The notes: generated by a model from the letters alone, not told the origin. A DNA stretch of 64,000 nt from an uncultured Mycoplasmatales bacterium (GCA_964250295.1 CAXUEP010000001.1:60989-124988); one strand, 5' to 3'. Shown: positions 23,706 through 36,660, numbered from the stretch's first letter. Made by a program: numbers and translations.

Positions 23706-24989
23706 ATGAAGTTCATTGATGAAATTAGTATAACTATTAGGGCAGGGTCGGGAGGTGACGGACATGTATCTTTTCTACATAGTCATCTAAATCCCCTCTC
23801 AGGACCTGATGGTGGAAATGGTGGGAGAGGGGGTAGTGTTTACTTCCGTGGGAACTCACAGCTGAACTCATTCTACAAGTTTTCTACCAAAAAAAACTGG
23901 TTTGCTCCAGATGGTGAAAACGGAAAGAGGGGACTAAAAACTGGTAGAAGTGGCAGCAACCTCTATATAGAAGTTCCCCTAGGGACAATTATCTATATGG
24001 CTAGTGAGGATAGTGTTGATGTACCGGTTGCAGAAATTGTAGAAGAAAATCAGCTTTTTCTTGCTTCAAAGGGTGGTCAGGGTGGTCAGGGCAATAGTGC
24101 GTTTGCTAGTTCAGTGAACCGTACACCTCGCTATGCACAAAATGGTGTAAAAGCTAAGGCTCTCCGGATTAGACTCGAACTTATAGTAATTGCAGATGCT
24201 GGCCTACTTGGTCTACCCAATGCAGGAAAGTCGACACTTTTAAACTCTCTTAGTAATGCAAATTCCCGTTCTGGTGATTATGCATTTACAACACTCACTC
24301 CGCAACTTGGGGTTGTTACTGGAAGTAGGCTCAAAAAGAAAATACTCCTAGCAGACCTACCTGGAATTATCGAAAAAGCATCTGAGAATAGGGGGTTGGG
24401 ACTCAGATTTCTTAAACATGTTAAACGTTGCAAAGTGCTTATTCTTGTAGTTGATTCGACTAGTGAGCAACCACTTAGGGATCTTCAAATTCTCCAGAAG
24501 GAGTTAGCTGCTACCAATTATGAGGAATCCCAAAAAGAACAACTAGTAGTCTGGAACAAAATAGATCTCTTACCAGTGAACAGTCTTAACCAGATAAGGC
24601 AAACTTCCCAGAAACTAAAAAAAACTCATTCTTTCTTTATTTCAGCATTGAAGAGTGAAAACTTAGAGGACTTGGTTGGTGTGATTGATAACATTGTTGA
24701 GCATGCGAAAAGTAGTCATTTTCTACTTCCAGAAAAGCTTTTACATAAGAGCTATGATTTTACAAGTGATCCGGTTGGACTGCAAATAAGGAAGTTAAAA
24801 AATTCCTACTGGAAGGTTTCTGGTCCGTATATTGAAAGAGTTATACACCAAACTAGAACTTCCTCACTTCAAAAGGAGATTTCTAAGCTACTTAGTGTTG
24901 AATCTGCCAGAAGTTTTTTACTAAGAGCTGGTGTGAAGAGTGGTGATGTTCTACTAATTAATAATGAAGAGTACTTCTGGAACCGGTAA
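23706..24989 (+). CDS. obgE: GTPase ObgE
   Basis: Gly-rich Obg fold, GLPNAGKST, YAFTT, DLPG, NKID. Confidence 0.95.
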   Translation: MKFIDEISITIRAGSGGDGHVSFLHSHLNPLSGPDGGNGGRGGSVYFRGNSQLNSFYKFSTKKNWFAPDGENGKRGLKTGRSGSNLYIEVPLGTIIYMASEDSVDVPVAEIVEENQLFLASKGGQGGQGNSAFASSVNRTPRYAQNGVKAKALRIRLELIVIADAGLLGLPNAGKSTLLNSLSNANSRSGDYAFTTLTPQLGVVTGSRLKKKILLADLPGIIEKASENRGLGLRFLKHVKRCKVLILVVDSTSEQPLRDLQILQKELAATNYEESQKEQLVVWNKIDLLPVNSLNQIRQTSQKLKKTHSFFISALKSENLEDLVGVIDNIVEHAKSSHFLLPEKLLHKSYDFTSDPVGLQIRKLKNSYWKVSGPYIERVIHQTRTSSLQKEISKLLSVESARSFLLRAGVKSGDVLLINNEEYFWNR

Positions 24990-25026
24990 AGATGTATGCT
25001 AAATAGAATACCAGGGAGCTATTGGA

Positions 25027-28000
25027 ATGAATAGTCACAAAAATTTGACTTACATTAATGTTCAAACTAATTGCAATCTTTCTTTTTCATTGTTTACAAT
25101 TGATGAGCTTGTAGCTTATTCAGTTACTAATGGAGTTGGGAGCCTTGCACTCTGCGAGAGCAACCCCTATGAGTTTTTGAAGTTTTACTACTTGTGTAAG
25201 AATTCTGGCATAAAACCAGTCTGGGGATTTAAGAAAGTTGTGAACTATAATAATCAACAACTAATTGTCAACTTTTTCCCCCGTAAATATTCAGAGTACA
25301 GGGAACTAAACAAGTTTTTTTATGAACAGGAGGAGAATGGAACTATTAGTTCATCCTCACTAGAAAAAATGGTTTCTAAGTGCCTACTTGTTCTAGAAGT
25401 TCGTAGTTATGAAGAAATTTCTCTAGCTACTAGACTTGAATCGGAAGTCTTACAGCATCCCGGTGGAAAAAGTTCGCAGGATATTTACTTTGGGTTAAAC
25501 TTCTTTCCAGGTAGAATTGAAGATGTGGTGGTAAATAGTGTTCGGGCAAACACACTTCCCTTCTTCTCAGTTAAAAGCTTCAACTGGGATGATCATAACC
25601 TACTGAATCAGTTAGGAATGACTAACTTTGTAAGTGGATTTACTAATGCATTCTTCGAATCAGTACCCTATCTAAGTAGAGCTGAACTGTCAGATCATTT
25701 TACCTCCTGCCTCGGTGAAAGTCCCATGAGAAGGAGTTCTGCCCAGTTTTTTAATCACTTATTTATTAATCTCGAAAACTTCTTGTCAAAAATTAGCCTG
25801 CTTATAAAGAAAGGTTCATTCACTGAAAAGGAAGAGGCATTTAGACTACTTAAGCAACAATGTGAAGAGAAACTAGACCGCTTAATTAGCAGTAAAAAAA
25901 AACTCTCTTACTCCAGAACTCTTGGTGAAGAATTAGCAATAATTAAGAAGAGAAACTATGCAAACTACTTCCTTGAACTTGCAAAAATAGTAGCAATTTT
26001 CTCAAAGAATGGTATTGAAACTGGACCAGGAAGGGGGAGTGCAACTTCCTCTCTTGTTTCATACTTACTAGGTCTCACGTTGATTGATCCTGTTCAGAAT
26101 CAACTATTCTTCTGGAGGTTTTTAAATGAAAAGAGAACTGACTTTCCTGATGTTGATATTGATGTAGGAAACCAGGAAGCTGCTCTGCGTTTAATTGAAA
26201 AAGAATATGGCCGTCAATCTATTGCAAAACTTATTGTGAAGAAGAGGATTGGGTGGTACGCAGCTGTTGTTGCAAGTTTGAAAACTTTTGGTGTTGAAGA
26301 GGAAGATTTTGTTTTTATTGAGGAAAATATTTCAAGATTCCTGAATACCCAGGAAAATGGAGCTTCTTCGCTAAAGACTAGGTATTTCTCTGATAAATAT
26401 CATAAGGCGTTTACACTCGCTAGACGTATTTATCTTCTTTATAGTGGAATAGCACCCCATCCTTCAGCGATTGTAATTTCAAACACAAAACTTAGTGAAA
26501 AGCTCCCAGTAAGGGATAGGGGAGAGTTTCCACTCTGTCTCTATCAACAAAAATATATTACGGAACTTGGTTTTAAGAAATTTGACTTTCTTAGCCTCAC
26601 AGAGAGTCTTTCATTTGTTAAGTACATAAAAGAAGAGAATCCGTCAGGAGTACCAACTTACACAGAACTTGCTATGGATGACAGTAAAACATGAAGTCTT
26701 CTTAAGAACTGTCTACTGGTAGGTGTGTTTCAGGTAAACACAAAATCATTTAATGAAATGATTAGTATACTTCAGCCTACGAACTTCACCGAACTTCTGC
26801 TTATAATTTCACTCAATAGGCCAGGTGCTAGTATTCTGCCCAGGGAAGTTTTGCAAATTTACCCCCTTAGTGAAGCAGGAAGGGGGAGACAATTTGAGTC
26901 TAGGAATATAAATGAAATACTTTCCCCAACTTATGGGCGAATTGTCTTTGAAGAGCAGGTTAGTCAGCTTTTATCATACTGCCTTAGCATTGATTTTGCG
27001 GAGGCTGAACTTCTTCGTAAGAATCTGAAAACAATTATCAATGATGATAGCCGCCGGAGGAGGTTTAAGCTTGAGTTTATTCTGAAAACAACTAGGAAGT
27101 TGAAATCCTTTGAAAAGGATATTCTCTGGAAAAAAATTGTTAAGAGTATTCCCTACCTATTCAACAAAGCTCATGCTACTTCTTACACATACCTAACTTA
27201 TTACACTGCATATCTTAAGGCAAATTTTTTTACTGATGCTCTTAGCTACTTTTTGTGTAGAAATGTTGGTAACTACAAGTCAACTATCCTTCTTTCTGAG
27301 GAAGCAGTTCTGATGGGATATAAGCTGGAAACTCCCGATGTTAATATTTCATTCTGGGAGTGGAAAATTGACACTAGGAGGGGGAAAGTCCTAGTAATGG
27401 GGTTTTTCCAGTTGGGAAGAAATTTCCACTCTTTCTTCCAGAGGGTTATTGAAGAACGTTCTAAAAATGGTGTCTTTAAAGACTGAAAAGATCTGCTTAC
27501 TAGACTTTCACAGCATTTCAACAGCCTGGGTACAGAAGACTTAGCTGTATGGATCAGGCTTGGTTTGTTTAGAAGTCTTCCTGCTAGTCAGCAGTGAACA
27601 ATTCTCCACCTTCCTTCACTTAAACGCTATGCAAGAATAGTAAGTTCACTAGGGACCTCCCCCAATGAGTATTTACCCTTCTTGTTAGCACCAGGGAATG
27701 TTTCTACTGAACATTCACTACTCTGGGAGAATCAAAAACAATGGGAGAGTTTCCACTTCTATCCTTCATATCTAGCTCGCTGAAAAGCCTCCTCTTCTAG
27801 TAGTCTCCACTATATCAGGGAGCAACTGTTTATTCTGGACAATGATTATCAGCAGTCTGACTGCTCTGAAGAAAGAAAAGTGGAAATACATGCTATTTTG
27901 GTAAGTGTTAAGAAGAATAATGATCAGTACCTACTGACACTGCTTCTCTTCAGTTCTGCCCTTGAGGTATTTTGCAATTCTGACTTCTATGAAAAAAACT

Positions 28001-28119
28001 CCAGCTTACTAGAGGTTCATAATGAAGCTATCTTCACACTCGAAAGTAAAAAGGAGAAATTCAAGAGTAAGTTGTTTGTAAGTGATGTTTCAACTCTCAG
28101 TGGTCAGCGAGGAATGTAA
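25027..28119 (+). CDS. dnaE: DNA polymerase III alpha subunit (DnaE type)
   Basis: GPGRGSA, PDVDID, KFDFLSL, FNKAHA; joined through several TGA. Confidence 0.88.
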
Positions 28120-28300
28120 AAGATGAACTACCTATGTTTAACCCAGGAAGGGTTTGGCTAAATTTTACTACAGTCTCTGTGGAAGAGAGTTGACTCTATA
28201 GTTGAAGGAGTATGTGCTCAGAAAACCTATGAGTAAAAGTTAAACGCACCCTCTAAAACATATACATAAGCATAAAAATACTTCTACAGTTTAGTAACAT

Positions 28301-28377
28301 AGCGGAGTAGAGCAGTTAGGTAGCTCGTTGGGCTCATAATCCAAAGGTCGAAGGTTCGAATCCTTCCTCCGCAACCA
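28301..28377 (+). tRNA. tRNA-Met(CAT), probable initiator
   Basis: CAT anticodon, 1:72 mismatch (A:A), GGG in anticodon stem. Confidence 0.88.
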
Positions 28378-28398
28378 AATTGATTACGATTTACTAAG

Positions 28399-28484
28399 GC
28401 CCAAATGGCGGAATGGTAGACGCAAGAGACTCAAAATCTCTCGGGTTAACACCCATGTCGGTTCGAATCCGACTTTGGGTACCA
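28399..28484 (+). tRNA. tRNA-Leu(CAA)
   Basis: Loop CT-CAA-AA, long variable arm, CCA. Confidence 0.93.
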
Positions 28485-28562
28485 GTCGTGGTATTAGTAT
28501 TTATAAACTGCTCTTGACAGAGGATATGATCTACTGCCACCGTCACTAAGAGTCCTCTGAAT

Positions 28563-28638
28563 GGTTCTGTAGTGTAGTGGTTAACACACCTCTCTGTCAC
28601 AGAGGAGATCGCGAGTTCAATTCTCGTCAGAACCGCCA
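28563..28638 (+). tRNA. tRNA-Asp(GTC)
   Basis: Loop CT-GTC-AC, GTTCAATT, CCA. Confidence 0.95.
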
Positions 28639-28751
28639 TTGTTGTAGTTCAGTAGCTTAGGTGGGTGCTGGTAGCTAGATAGTTTAATAGACTAGGTGAA
28701 TATCAAATTTGATTTTTCCTAGTGTATTGGTAACTGGGTAGTTTAGAAAAA

Positions 28752-28904
28752 ATGAATAGGAAAAAAATAGTAGTTAAGGTTAAGGGTAGTGGTGAGCAAG
28801 CTGAAAAGTCGATGGTGTTTTTCCAAAAGATTACCTCTCCGATAAAGAGAAGGCTACGAAAAAAACTCTACTTTACAAAGAAGAAGAGTAAGAGGCTAAT
28901 TTAG
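28752..28904 (+). CDS. rpsU: Probable 30S ribosomal protein S21
   Basis: 50-aa basic ORF (IVVKVKG..EKSMVFFQK..RLRKKLYFTKK); lies upstream of ybeY. Confidence 0.55.
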   Translation: MNRKKIVVKVKGSGEQAEKSMVFFQKITSPIKRRLRKKLYFTKKKSKRLI

Positions 28905-28939
28905 CTAAATTTCTTCGTTAGATATCGCTAGGAAGTGGG

Positions 28940-29410
28940 GTGCTATCTTCAGTGTTAAACATAATTAATGAACATAACTATAAGTTGTCTAGTTTTAGGA
29001 ATGACTCTAAAAAAATTTTCACCCTGACTTTAGAGAAGATTAACCAGTACCAGAAGTCATTGTCCGTAGTGTTCTGTGATGAAAAAAAGATTACTATTCT
29101 TAATAAAAAACACCGGCAGCTGAAAAAGAAGAGTGATGTTCTTTCCTTCCCCTCTGACACTAAACTTACTCCTAACTACCTTGGCGATATTGTGATCTGC
29201 TATCCTGTTGCAGTTGCACAGGCGATTGAGTATGAACACTCCCTAAGAAGGGAGTTATCCTTCCTTTTTCTACATGGGCTACTTCATCTTCTAGGCTACG
29301 ATCATATAAAACTAGAGGATGAGATGCTAATGTTTGCATTGCAAGAAGAAATTCTTAACACTCTAGGAATAACGAGGGGAAGTTGCTGCTTAGTTCAGAA
29401 TAAGGGTTAG
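28940..29410 (+). CDS. ybeY: rRNA maturation endoribonuclease YbeY
   Basis: DVLSFP, LGDIVIC, HGLLHLLGYDH. Confidence 0.95.
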   Translation: MLSSVLNIINEHNYKLSSFRNDSKKIFTLTLEKINQYQKSLSVVFCDEKKITILNKKHRQLKKKSDVLSFPSDTKLTPNYLGDIVICYPVAVAQAIEYEHSLRRELSFLFLHGLLHLLGYDHIKLEDEMLMFALQEEILNTLGITRGSCCLVQNKG

Positions 29411-29419
29411 GTATCAGGA

Positions 29420-31693
29420 ATGTTTCATTACTTCTGGGAGAAATTTATAATCTGAAAATACTCATCACTGGTACGGAAAATAGTAAGAAATGGAAAGCAA
29501 ATTACTTACCTAACTGATGACGAGCTGCGGAAACGGGTTAACGACAGTAGGTCGCAACTAAGCAACCTAGAAAGGGGGAGGGTACTAAAATCAGTCCCCG
29601 ATTCTGTACTTGTTGAGGTCTATGCAATCACGAAAGAGGTAATTTTGAGAAAAATTGGTTTAAATCTCTTTCCAACCCAGCTGTTCGGAGCAATAGTTCT
29701 CCACCACGGAAACATCGCCCAGATGAACACTGGTGAGGGTAAAACATTGACTGCTATTCTTCCTGCTTGTCTAAATGCTCTTATGAAAAACACTGTCTAT
29801 GTTGCAACTGTTAATGAGTACCTTGCTAACAGGGATTGACAAATTTCAAAACCAGTTTTTGACTTTTTTTCCATACCCTCTGCTGTCAGGTTAGCTAGCT
29901 TTGATAAAGAACAGAAAAAGAAGGTTCATGAACACCACCAGATTATTTATACGACAGGCAGTCAACTTGGCTTTGATTACCTAAATAATAATCTAATTAG
30001 GAAAAAGTCTGAAAAAGTCTCGCTACGGCTTGACTATGTTATAATTGATGAAGTTGATTCTATTCTGATTGATGAGTCAAGAAATCCACTCATAATATCA
30101 CGTAGTAAGAAGGAAGATTTAGCTGATAACAACCAGGTAGAGAAATATCAGCAAGCATTCAAACTTGCAAAGAGTCTTGAGCGGGGGAATGATTATGTTG
30201 TTGAGAAGAAAGAAGAACTAGTTCATCTTACAGAAAGGGGGATTGCTAAAGCTGAAGAATTCTACGCTATTAGAAATCTTTTTGCTTTTACAAATCACCT
30301 GCAAAATTTTCTTCTTCTCAGTTCCCTAAAGGCTATAGAGTTATATAACAAGGGTGTTGAATACATTGTTGATAATGAGAAAAAGAAAATTGTTATAATT
30401 GATAGTTTTACAGGAAGGCTGGTTCCGAACAGGGTCTACGGATCAGGAATTCACCAGGCTATTGAAGTTAAGGAAAAACTTCCCCTTACTCCCCGTGGAA
30501 AATCAGTTGCGACTATAACATACCAAAACTTCTTCCGATTGTTCAAAAAAATTGCAGGAATGACTGGTACGGCAAAGAGTGAGAATGATGAGTTCAGACA
30601 AGTTTACGGAATGGAAGTAATTGTTGTTAAACCATACAAGCCACTTATTAGAAAGGATAATAGCGATTTAATTTTCTTTAATAAGAGAAGTAAATACGAA
30701 GCTGTTATTAAAACGATCAGGGAAAATTACCATGGAAAAAAACGACCTGTTCTGGTTGGTTCTTCCAGTCTTGAAACATCACAGTACCTTTCAAAATTGC
30801 TTAAACTCCTAAGGATTGAACATTCTCGTCTTAATGCTGTAAACCATCGTGAAGAAGCTGCAGTTATCAAAAGAGCAGGTGAAATAGGACAACTAACAAT
30901 TTCAACAAACATGGCAGGTCGGGGTACTGATATCGTACTTACACAAGAGAGTATTAATAGGGGAGGTCTCCTGCTAATTGGTCTTGAAAGAAATTTCAGT
31001 AGGAGAATAGATGACCAGTTAAAAGGAAGAGCAGGGAGGCAGGGGAATCCCGGAACTACACAATTTTATATCTCCCTTGAGGATGATCTGCTGAAGAACT
31101 ACGCCCTTCACGAAAAGATTGAGGGGCTTCTAGGTAGTAAACAATTAAATGAACTTGCAAAAAACTACCTTAGTCATAAGATGTTTGACATACTGGTTTC
31201 TGAACCACAAGAAACTATTAAGAATTTCAACTCAAGTATTCGTAAGTACACTCTTGGCTATGACATTGTAATTAATAAACAGCGGAAACTTACCTACGAC
31301 TACCGTGCGTTAGTAGTTGATTCGGAGGATCTACCAAAGTTGTTCCTTGATAAGAGTACTGAAACTAGTAACTTGGCTAAGGAATTAGAATTATTTTCCC
31401 TACTTCATGAAAAACTTAAAAGGGAAGCTCTCAGTAGAATTGACAACTTCTGGGCAGACTACCTAGAGTGTCTTGAAAAACTGCGTAGTGTAATAAGCTT
31501 TCGGGTTTATTCTCTTCAAGATCCACAGGATGCCTACTTCCTTGAGAGTAACCGCTTATTCTATAAGAATTACTCAAATACACAAGAAGAAAATAAGAAG
31601 GCAACTGAAAGATTTGTCAAATACTTCTCATCTTTCCATAAGTTGTTTGGGAAAACACAGGAAAAAATTTCTCTGGATTCTAAGGTTTTCTAA
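29420..31693 (+). CDS. secA: Preprotein translocase SecA (compact, about 757 aa)
   Basis: [41 protein letters not shown]. Confidence 0.95.
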
Positions 31694-31836
31694 ATAGTTT
31701 AACTAGGGAGTTTTATGGTTTTTTACTAGTAAGCTGTTCCTACGCCGGTAAGTCATTAGTAATAACTAATTTTGGTTGCAAAAAAAAGCTATCAGGGCTT
31801 ATTAAATTTGAAAAATAGATTAAAGAAGGGTAGACT

Positions 31837-34800
31837 ATGGAACAGATTAATAGAAGAGATAGCTCACTAGATAAAGACTGTTTACAGAAGAATGATGATC
31901 CTTCATTGTTCTTAACTAATAATGTTCTAGTTAGTAAACTTCCAACTGGCAGAAATCTTCACCCTTCCTTACTTGCAAGTGAATGAAAAAAGAAGAACCT
32001 GCAGCTCTGCGAGTTTAGCTTACGTAGTAAGTTTAGTACCCTTGATGGAATTGATAACCCCTCTAAATATGTTGAGAGTGCTGAGAAGAAGAATTACAAA
32101 GCCCTACTTATTAATGAGCATAACAATGTACAATCATTCCCTGAGTTCTGAGAGGCAGGTTCACACAGTGAAAAAGTAAGAATTCTCTATGGGTGTGAAT
32201 TTGAAATGGTTAACCAGGGGGGTCTTAACTTTCTTATCTGTTCTGCCGAACAGCAGAAAAACTCCCAACTCTGGGGCAAACCAGTCAGTGAGATGAGGTA
32301 CTGTATTTTTGACTTGGAAACAACTGGTCTCTATCCTGCATATGATGAAATTATTGACTTCGCCTATGTTATTGTTCAGAATGAAAAGATTATAGCAGAA
32401 GGAAGCTACCTGGTTAAAACAAGCATCAAAATTAGTGACTCTGTAAAAAAACTAACAGGAATTAAAGAGAACGATCTTGAAAAAGCCTCCTCACTTGAAG
32501 AAGTTCTTAGTGAAGTTAGGGACCAGTGGGAGAGGAATAATGTTGAATTATTGGTTTCACATAATTTAAAGAACTTTGACTTTCCCTTTTTAAATAAAGC
32601 CTGGCAGCGAGTTTTCTCTGAAAAAATTAGGTATCTAGGGATTGACACCCTCCCCCTAGCGCGAGTTTTCATACCAGGAAAGAAGTCTTATAGTTTAGAA
32701 AAACTAAGCTCACAGGGAAGGGACAAAATCGAGCAAGTGCACCGTGCTTTTGAAGATACATTACTCTTGAAAACCCTTTTTGAACGGATCACAAAGTTGC
32801 TAAAAGAACAGAAGCTGTCAACTTGAAGAGAAGCCTCCCTAGTTAGTCCCGAAAAATACTACTATCGTGGAGCTACAACGCGAGTAATTGCTATAGCAAA
32901 GAACAACCAGGGTCTGGCAGAACTATATAGACTTGTCAAGATTGCACATGTTGATAATTTCTTTAAGGTACCCCTCCTGTTCAAGGCCGATATTGAAGAA
33001 CACCGGGAGAATATCCTGGTTGGTGCATCAGGTGGTCCAGATGAGGAAGTGTTTTCCCTGTTTAGTGGCTTCGAAGAGGAAGAGGAGGTTAGCAGAAGGA
33101 TTAAGTTTTATGACTATGTTGAAGTACGTCCTCCTGACTGTTTTAGGCACTTTTTAAAATCTGAAAGGATTAGTCAGAAGAACCTCGAGAACCTACTTTC
33201 CTCGCTAATAGCAAAAGTACAACAGCTACACACAAGAGTTATAGCAGTCAATAATGTTCACTATTGTGATAGAGAGGGAGCAAAAATAAAGGAGATTATT
33301 GTTGCTAATGATGGAATGAATGGTAGCCGTCATCCCCTCTATAACTTTGCTGTTTCAGAGTTATTTGGTGATTGCTTTGAACTACTTCCTGCTCAACACT
33401 TAAGAACAATGGAAGAAGTTGCCGAGAACTGGAAATTTCTTCAAAACATAGAAGTTATCGAAGATATAGTTTTTCATAACCAGGATGAACTTCTGAACCT
33501 TGTTAGTGAGGTAAGAATTCGTAGTGAACATGTTGGTTATCCTAGTTCCAGCAAGAATGAAGAGGAGATAATGAGTTTTTGCCTAGCAAAGGCTAACCAG
33601 ATATTCGACGATAAAATCCCTTTTTTTGTAAGTGAACGTATCCAACATGAATGGAAAGTTATCAAAAAGAACTACCTAGCTGTGTACTGGATTTCCTGGA
33701 AAATTGTTGCAAAGGCGCAACAGAAGGGGAACATTGTTGGCTCCCGTGGTTCGGTTGGTTGTTCATTGATAGCATACTTGCTAAACATTACAGACATCAA
33801 CCCCCTTCCCCTCTACAGTATATGTACCTACTGTAAGAACGTTAAAGTTGTTGCGAAGAATGAACAGGATAGTGAACTTTCTTGTTATGACTTCTCTACT
33901 AAACAACTTTGTTCAGAATGTGAAAAAGGTAATTTAAAGTTTGAAGGTCATTCACTACCCTTCGAAACCTTTGTTGGCTGAAATGGTGAAAAAACACCGG
34001 ATATTGATCTTAATTTTTCTGGTGAATACCAGCGAACTGCTCATAACTACATAAGACAGCTGCTAGGAGCAGAGAGTGTTTATAGAATTGGTACAATTAA
34101 CAAGCTGTCCCAGCAGACAGCAGAAATCTTCTGGGATGAACACCAGAAGCTTAGAAAAGCACTAACTCGTGACTTTAGTACTCGTGCTTGGATTTCCCCT
34201 CTTTCAAACCAGGATGGTAGTTTTGAAGAATTTTCTACAACTAAGGAGCATGCGATAAATTTTCTAAAGGGAATTAAACGAACTACTGGTCAGCACCCTG
34301 GTGGTCTTCTCGTTGTACCTCCGGGAATAGATATTCTTGACTTTACTGCCCTCAACTACCCTGCTGATGATACTAGTTCTGACTGGTTAACTACCCACTT
34401 TGAGTATAGTTTTCTCTCAAAAATATTTCTTAAATTAGATATTCTTGGTCATGATGAACCAACTATTCTACAGAAGCTGAGTAGCCTAACTGGCAAGAAC
34501 CCCCTTAGCGAAGAAGATGTTAGTTTTGATGACCAGAAGGTAATGGATATTTTCACCAACTGTGAAACATTGGGAATTCCTGAGTTCGGTACTGATCTTG
34601 TTAAGAAGAGTCTTCTTGAACCAATTAAACCAACAAAATTTTCCCAGCTTGTGCAGATTTCTGGTTTCTCACATGGTACCGATGTTTGGATGCAAAACCA
34701 ACAGCGTATTCATAAGGAAGGAAAGCTTTCCCTGGATAAACTACTTGCCTGCCGTGAGGATATCCTAAACCTCCTTGATAGAAAGGGAGTTGATAAGGAG

Positions 34801-35847
34801 AGTGCTTTCCATGCTACAGAATTTATCAGAAAAGGTAAGTGGGAAAAACTCACCGCCAGTGTAAAAAGTCTGATTAAGAGTAGGCTGAATGATAAGGAAG
34901 GAGAAATCTACTTCTCAATCCTAGAAAGGATTAAATATATTTTTCCTAAACCGCATGCGATTGCATACACAATGACTGCATGAAGAACTGCCTACTACAA
35001 GGTCTACTACCCAGAGGCATTCTACTCTGTGCTGCTTACTTACCATGCAACTGTCTATGACTTGTGGTTGATGACCTTCGATACAGAAAGGAGTATTCCC
35101 TTCCGGCTTGGAAAGTTACTCAGTAACCTGGACACTCTTAAGGTAAATAGGAAGGAGTTTATTTCCATTTCCAAAGTTCTAATTAAGCTTGCAAGGGAAG
35201 ATGAAAAGGTTAGAGAATTTACCGAAGTAATTTTCTCTCCTGAAAAAAACTACTATGAATTGTTTGGGTTGGATGAAGATTTCCTACCTGAACAGTTAAA
35301 CAATTCTTTTGACTTAGTAGTTGCATCCCTACAACGAAAAAGTGGAGTAGGTGGACAGAACGGTAGGGTGGGTTTGCGTCTCCGCGAAAAAGTTTTAAAA
35401 GAAACTGAATACCTGAAAACTGCTCGTGATACGCTTCTTAGCGGAGATAGGAGAAAACTCTATGATAGGAAGTTAGAGATTCAGAAGAAAGTGAGAAAGA
35501 ACTTTTCCCCTCGTGACTTCAGTGACTGGAAGTCAACAATGAAGGAAAAAAACCTTCTCTTTACCCTAAAAGTGATTGCTGAAATTCGTCAGAAGGGTTT
35601 TAATTACACAGTTGGTGTTGACTTCAACAACTCAGAAACCCATAACTTCAAATTTGTAGATGGTAAAATGCTGATTCCCTTCCTAGCAATAACCGGTATT
35701 GGTGAAGCACTTGCAAACAAGCTTATTGCCTACCGTGAAAACTACTGTAGAATTAACTACTGGAAAGATGATTTAAAAGGAATTCTTAATAAGAAACACT
35801 TTGAACAGTTTCTGGATCTTGAAGAGAATAATCTTCTCTTTAACTAA
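31837..35847 (+). CDS. polC: DNA polymerase III PolC (N-terminally short; J-domain-like insertion)
   Basis: PHP domain with embedded DEDDh exonuclease (FDLETTG, HRAFED), RGSVG, PDIDLNFSGEYQ, TTGQHPGG, KLDILGHD, FPKPHA; three TGA=Trp. Confidence 0.93.
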
Positions 35848-35929
35848 AGAAAGGCTTTTTCGCAACGTTTTTTCATAGCCTTATGTAAAAAGGAACTAAG
35901 AAAGATAGCTCTGTAATCTGTAAGAATTT

Positions 35930-36658
35930 ATGAGTAGTGATGTTACTCAACCCACATTAAGAAATGAACTTGTAGGCAAAAATATTTACAAAGTATACCA
36001 GCCAGGAAAAGTTGTTCTTAAAAATATAAACTTCAAAATGGAAAGCGGTCATGTTTATGGATTGGTAGCTCCTAATGGATCTGGTAAAACAACTCTAATG
36101 AAGTGTATTGCTGGTACCGCTAATTTCACTGGTAGTATTGACTATAATGAAATTGGAGTGGGAAGTCATTTTAATGGCAAAATCGTACACTCATCATTAC
36201 CATTCTTTGCAGACTCCACCATGAAAGTAATTGACTTCCTTCATGCTTCTGCGATTCTTAAGAATGTCAATTACAAGGACGCCCTTGCAATGTTTACAAA
36301 AAGCTCTTCTTCTCACCTTAGGGATTCTCTATGTAAAGATCTTTCCACAGGAGAGAAGAAAACTTTTCAACTCTTTCTTGACTTCCTTTCGAATCCGGAA
36401 GTTGTTCTTCTTGATGAACCATTTAATGGTCTTGATTACCAGGCGCGCCGTACTGTAACTTTTAACATTTCTTTACTGGTTAAACAAAACAAAATAATTG
36501 TTATTTCAACTCATGTTTTTTCTGACATTGAAAGCTTAACAGATAAGGTTTTTATTATGAAAGATGGACTTCTCAACTTTTATGAAGGTGAAAGGAAAAT
36601 CTCGGAGGTCTATGATGAGTTCTTTCCAATAGAGAATAGGGGAGGTATAAATTTTTAG
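35930..36658 (+). CDS. ABC transporter ATP-binding protein
   Basis: APNGSGKTT, LSTGEK, LLDEP. Confidence 0.9.
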   Translation: MSSDVTQPTLRNELVGKNIYKVYQPGKVVLKNINFKMESGHVYGLVAPNGSGKTTLMKCIAGTANFTGSIDYNEIGVGSHFNGKIVHSSLPFFADSTMKVIDFLHASAILKNVNYKDALAMFTKSSSSHLRDSLCKDLSTGEKKTFQLFLDFLSNPEVVLLDEPFNGLDYQARRTVTFNISLLVKQNKIIVISTHVFSDIESLTDKVFIMKDGLLNFYEGERKISEVYDEFFPIENRGGINF

Positions 36659-36660
36659 AC

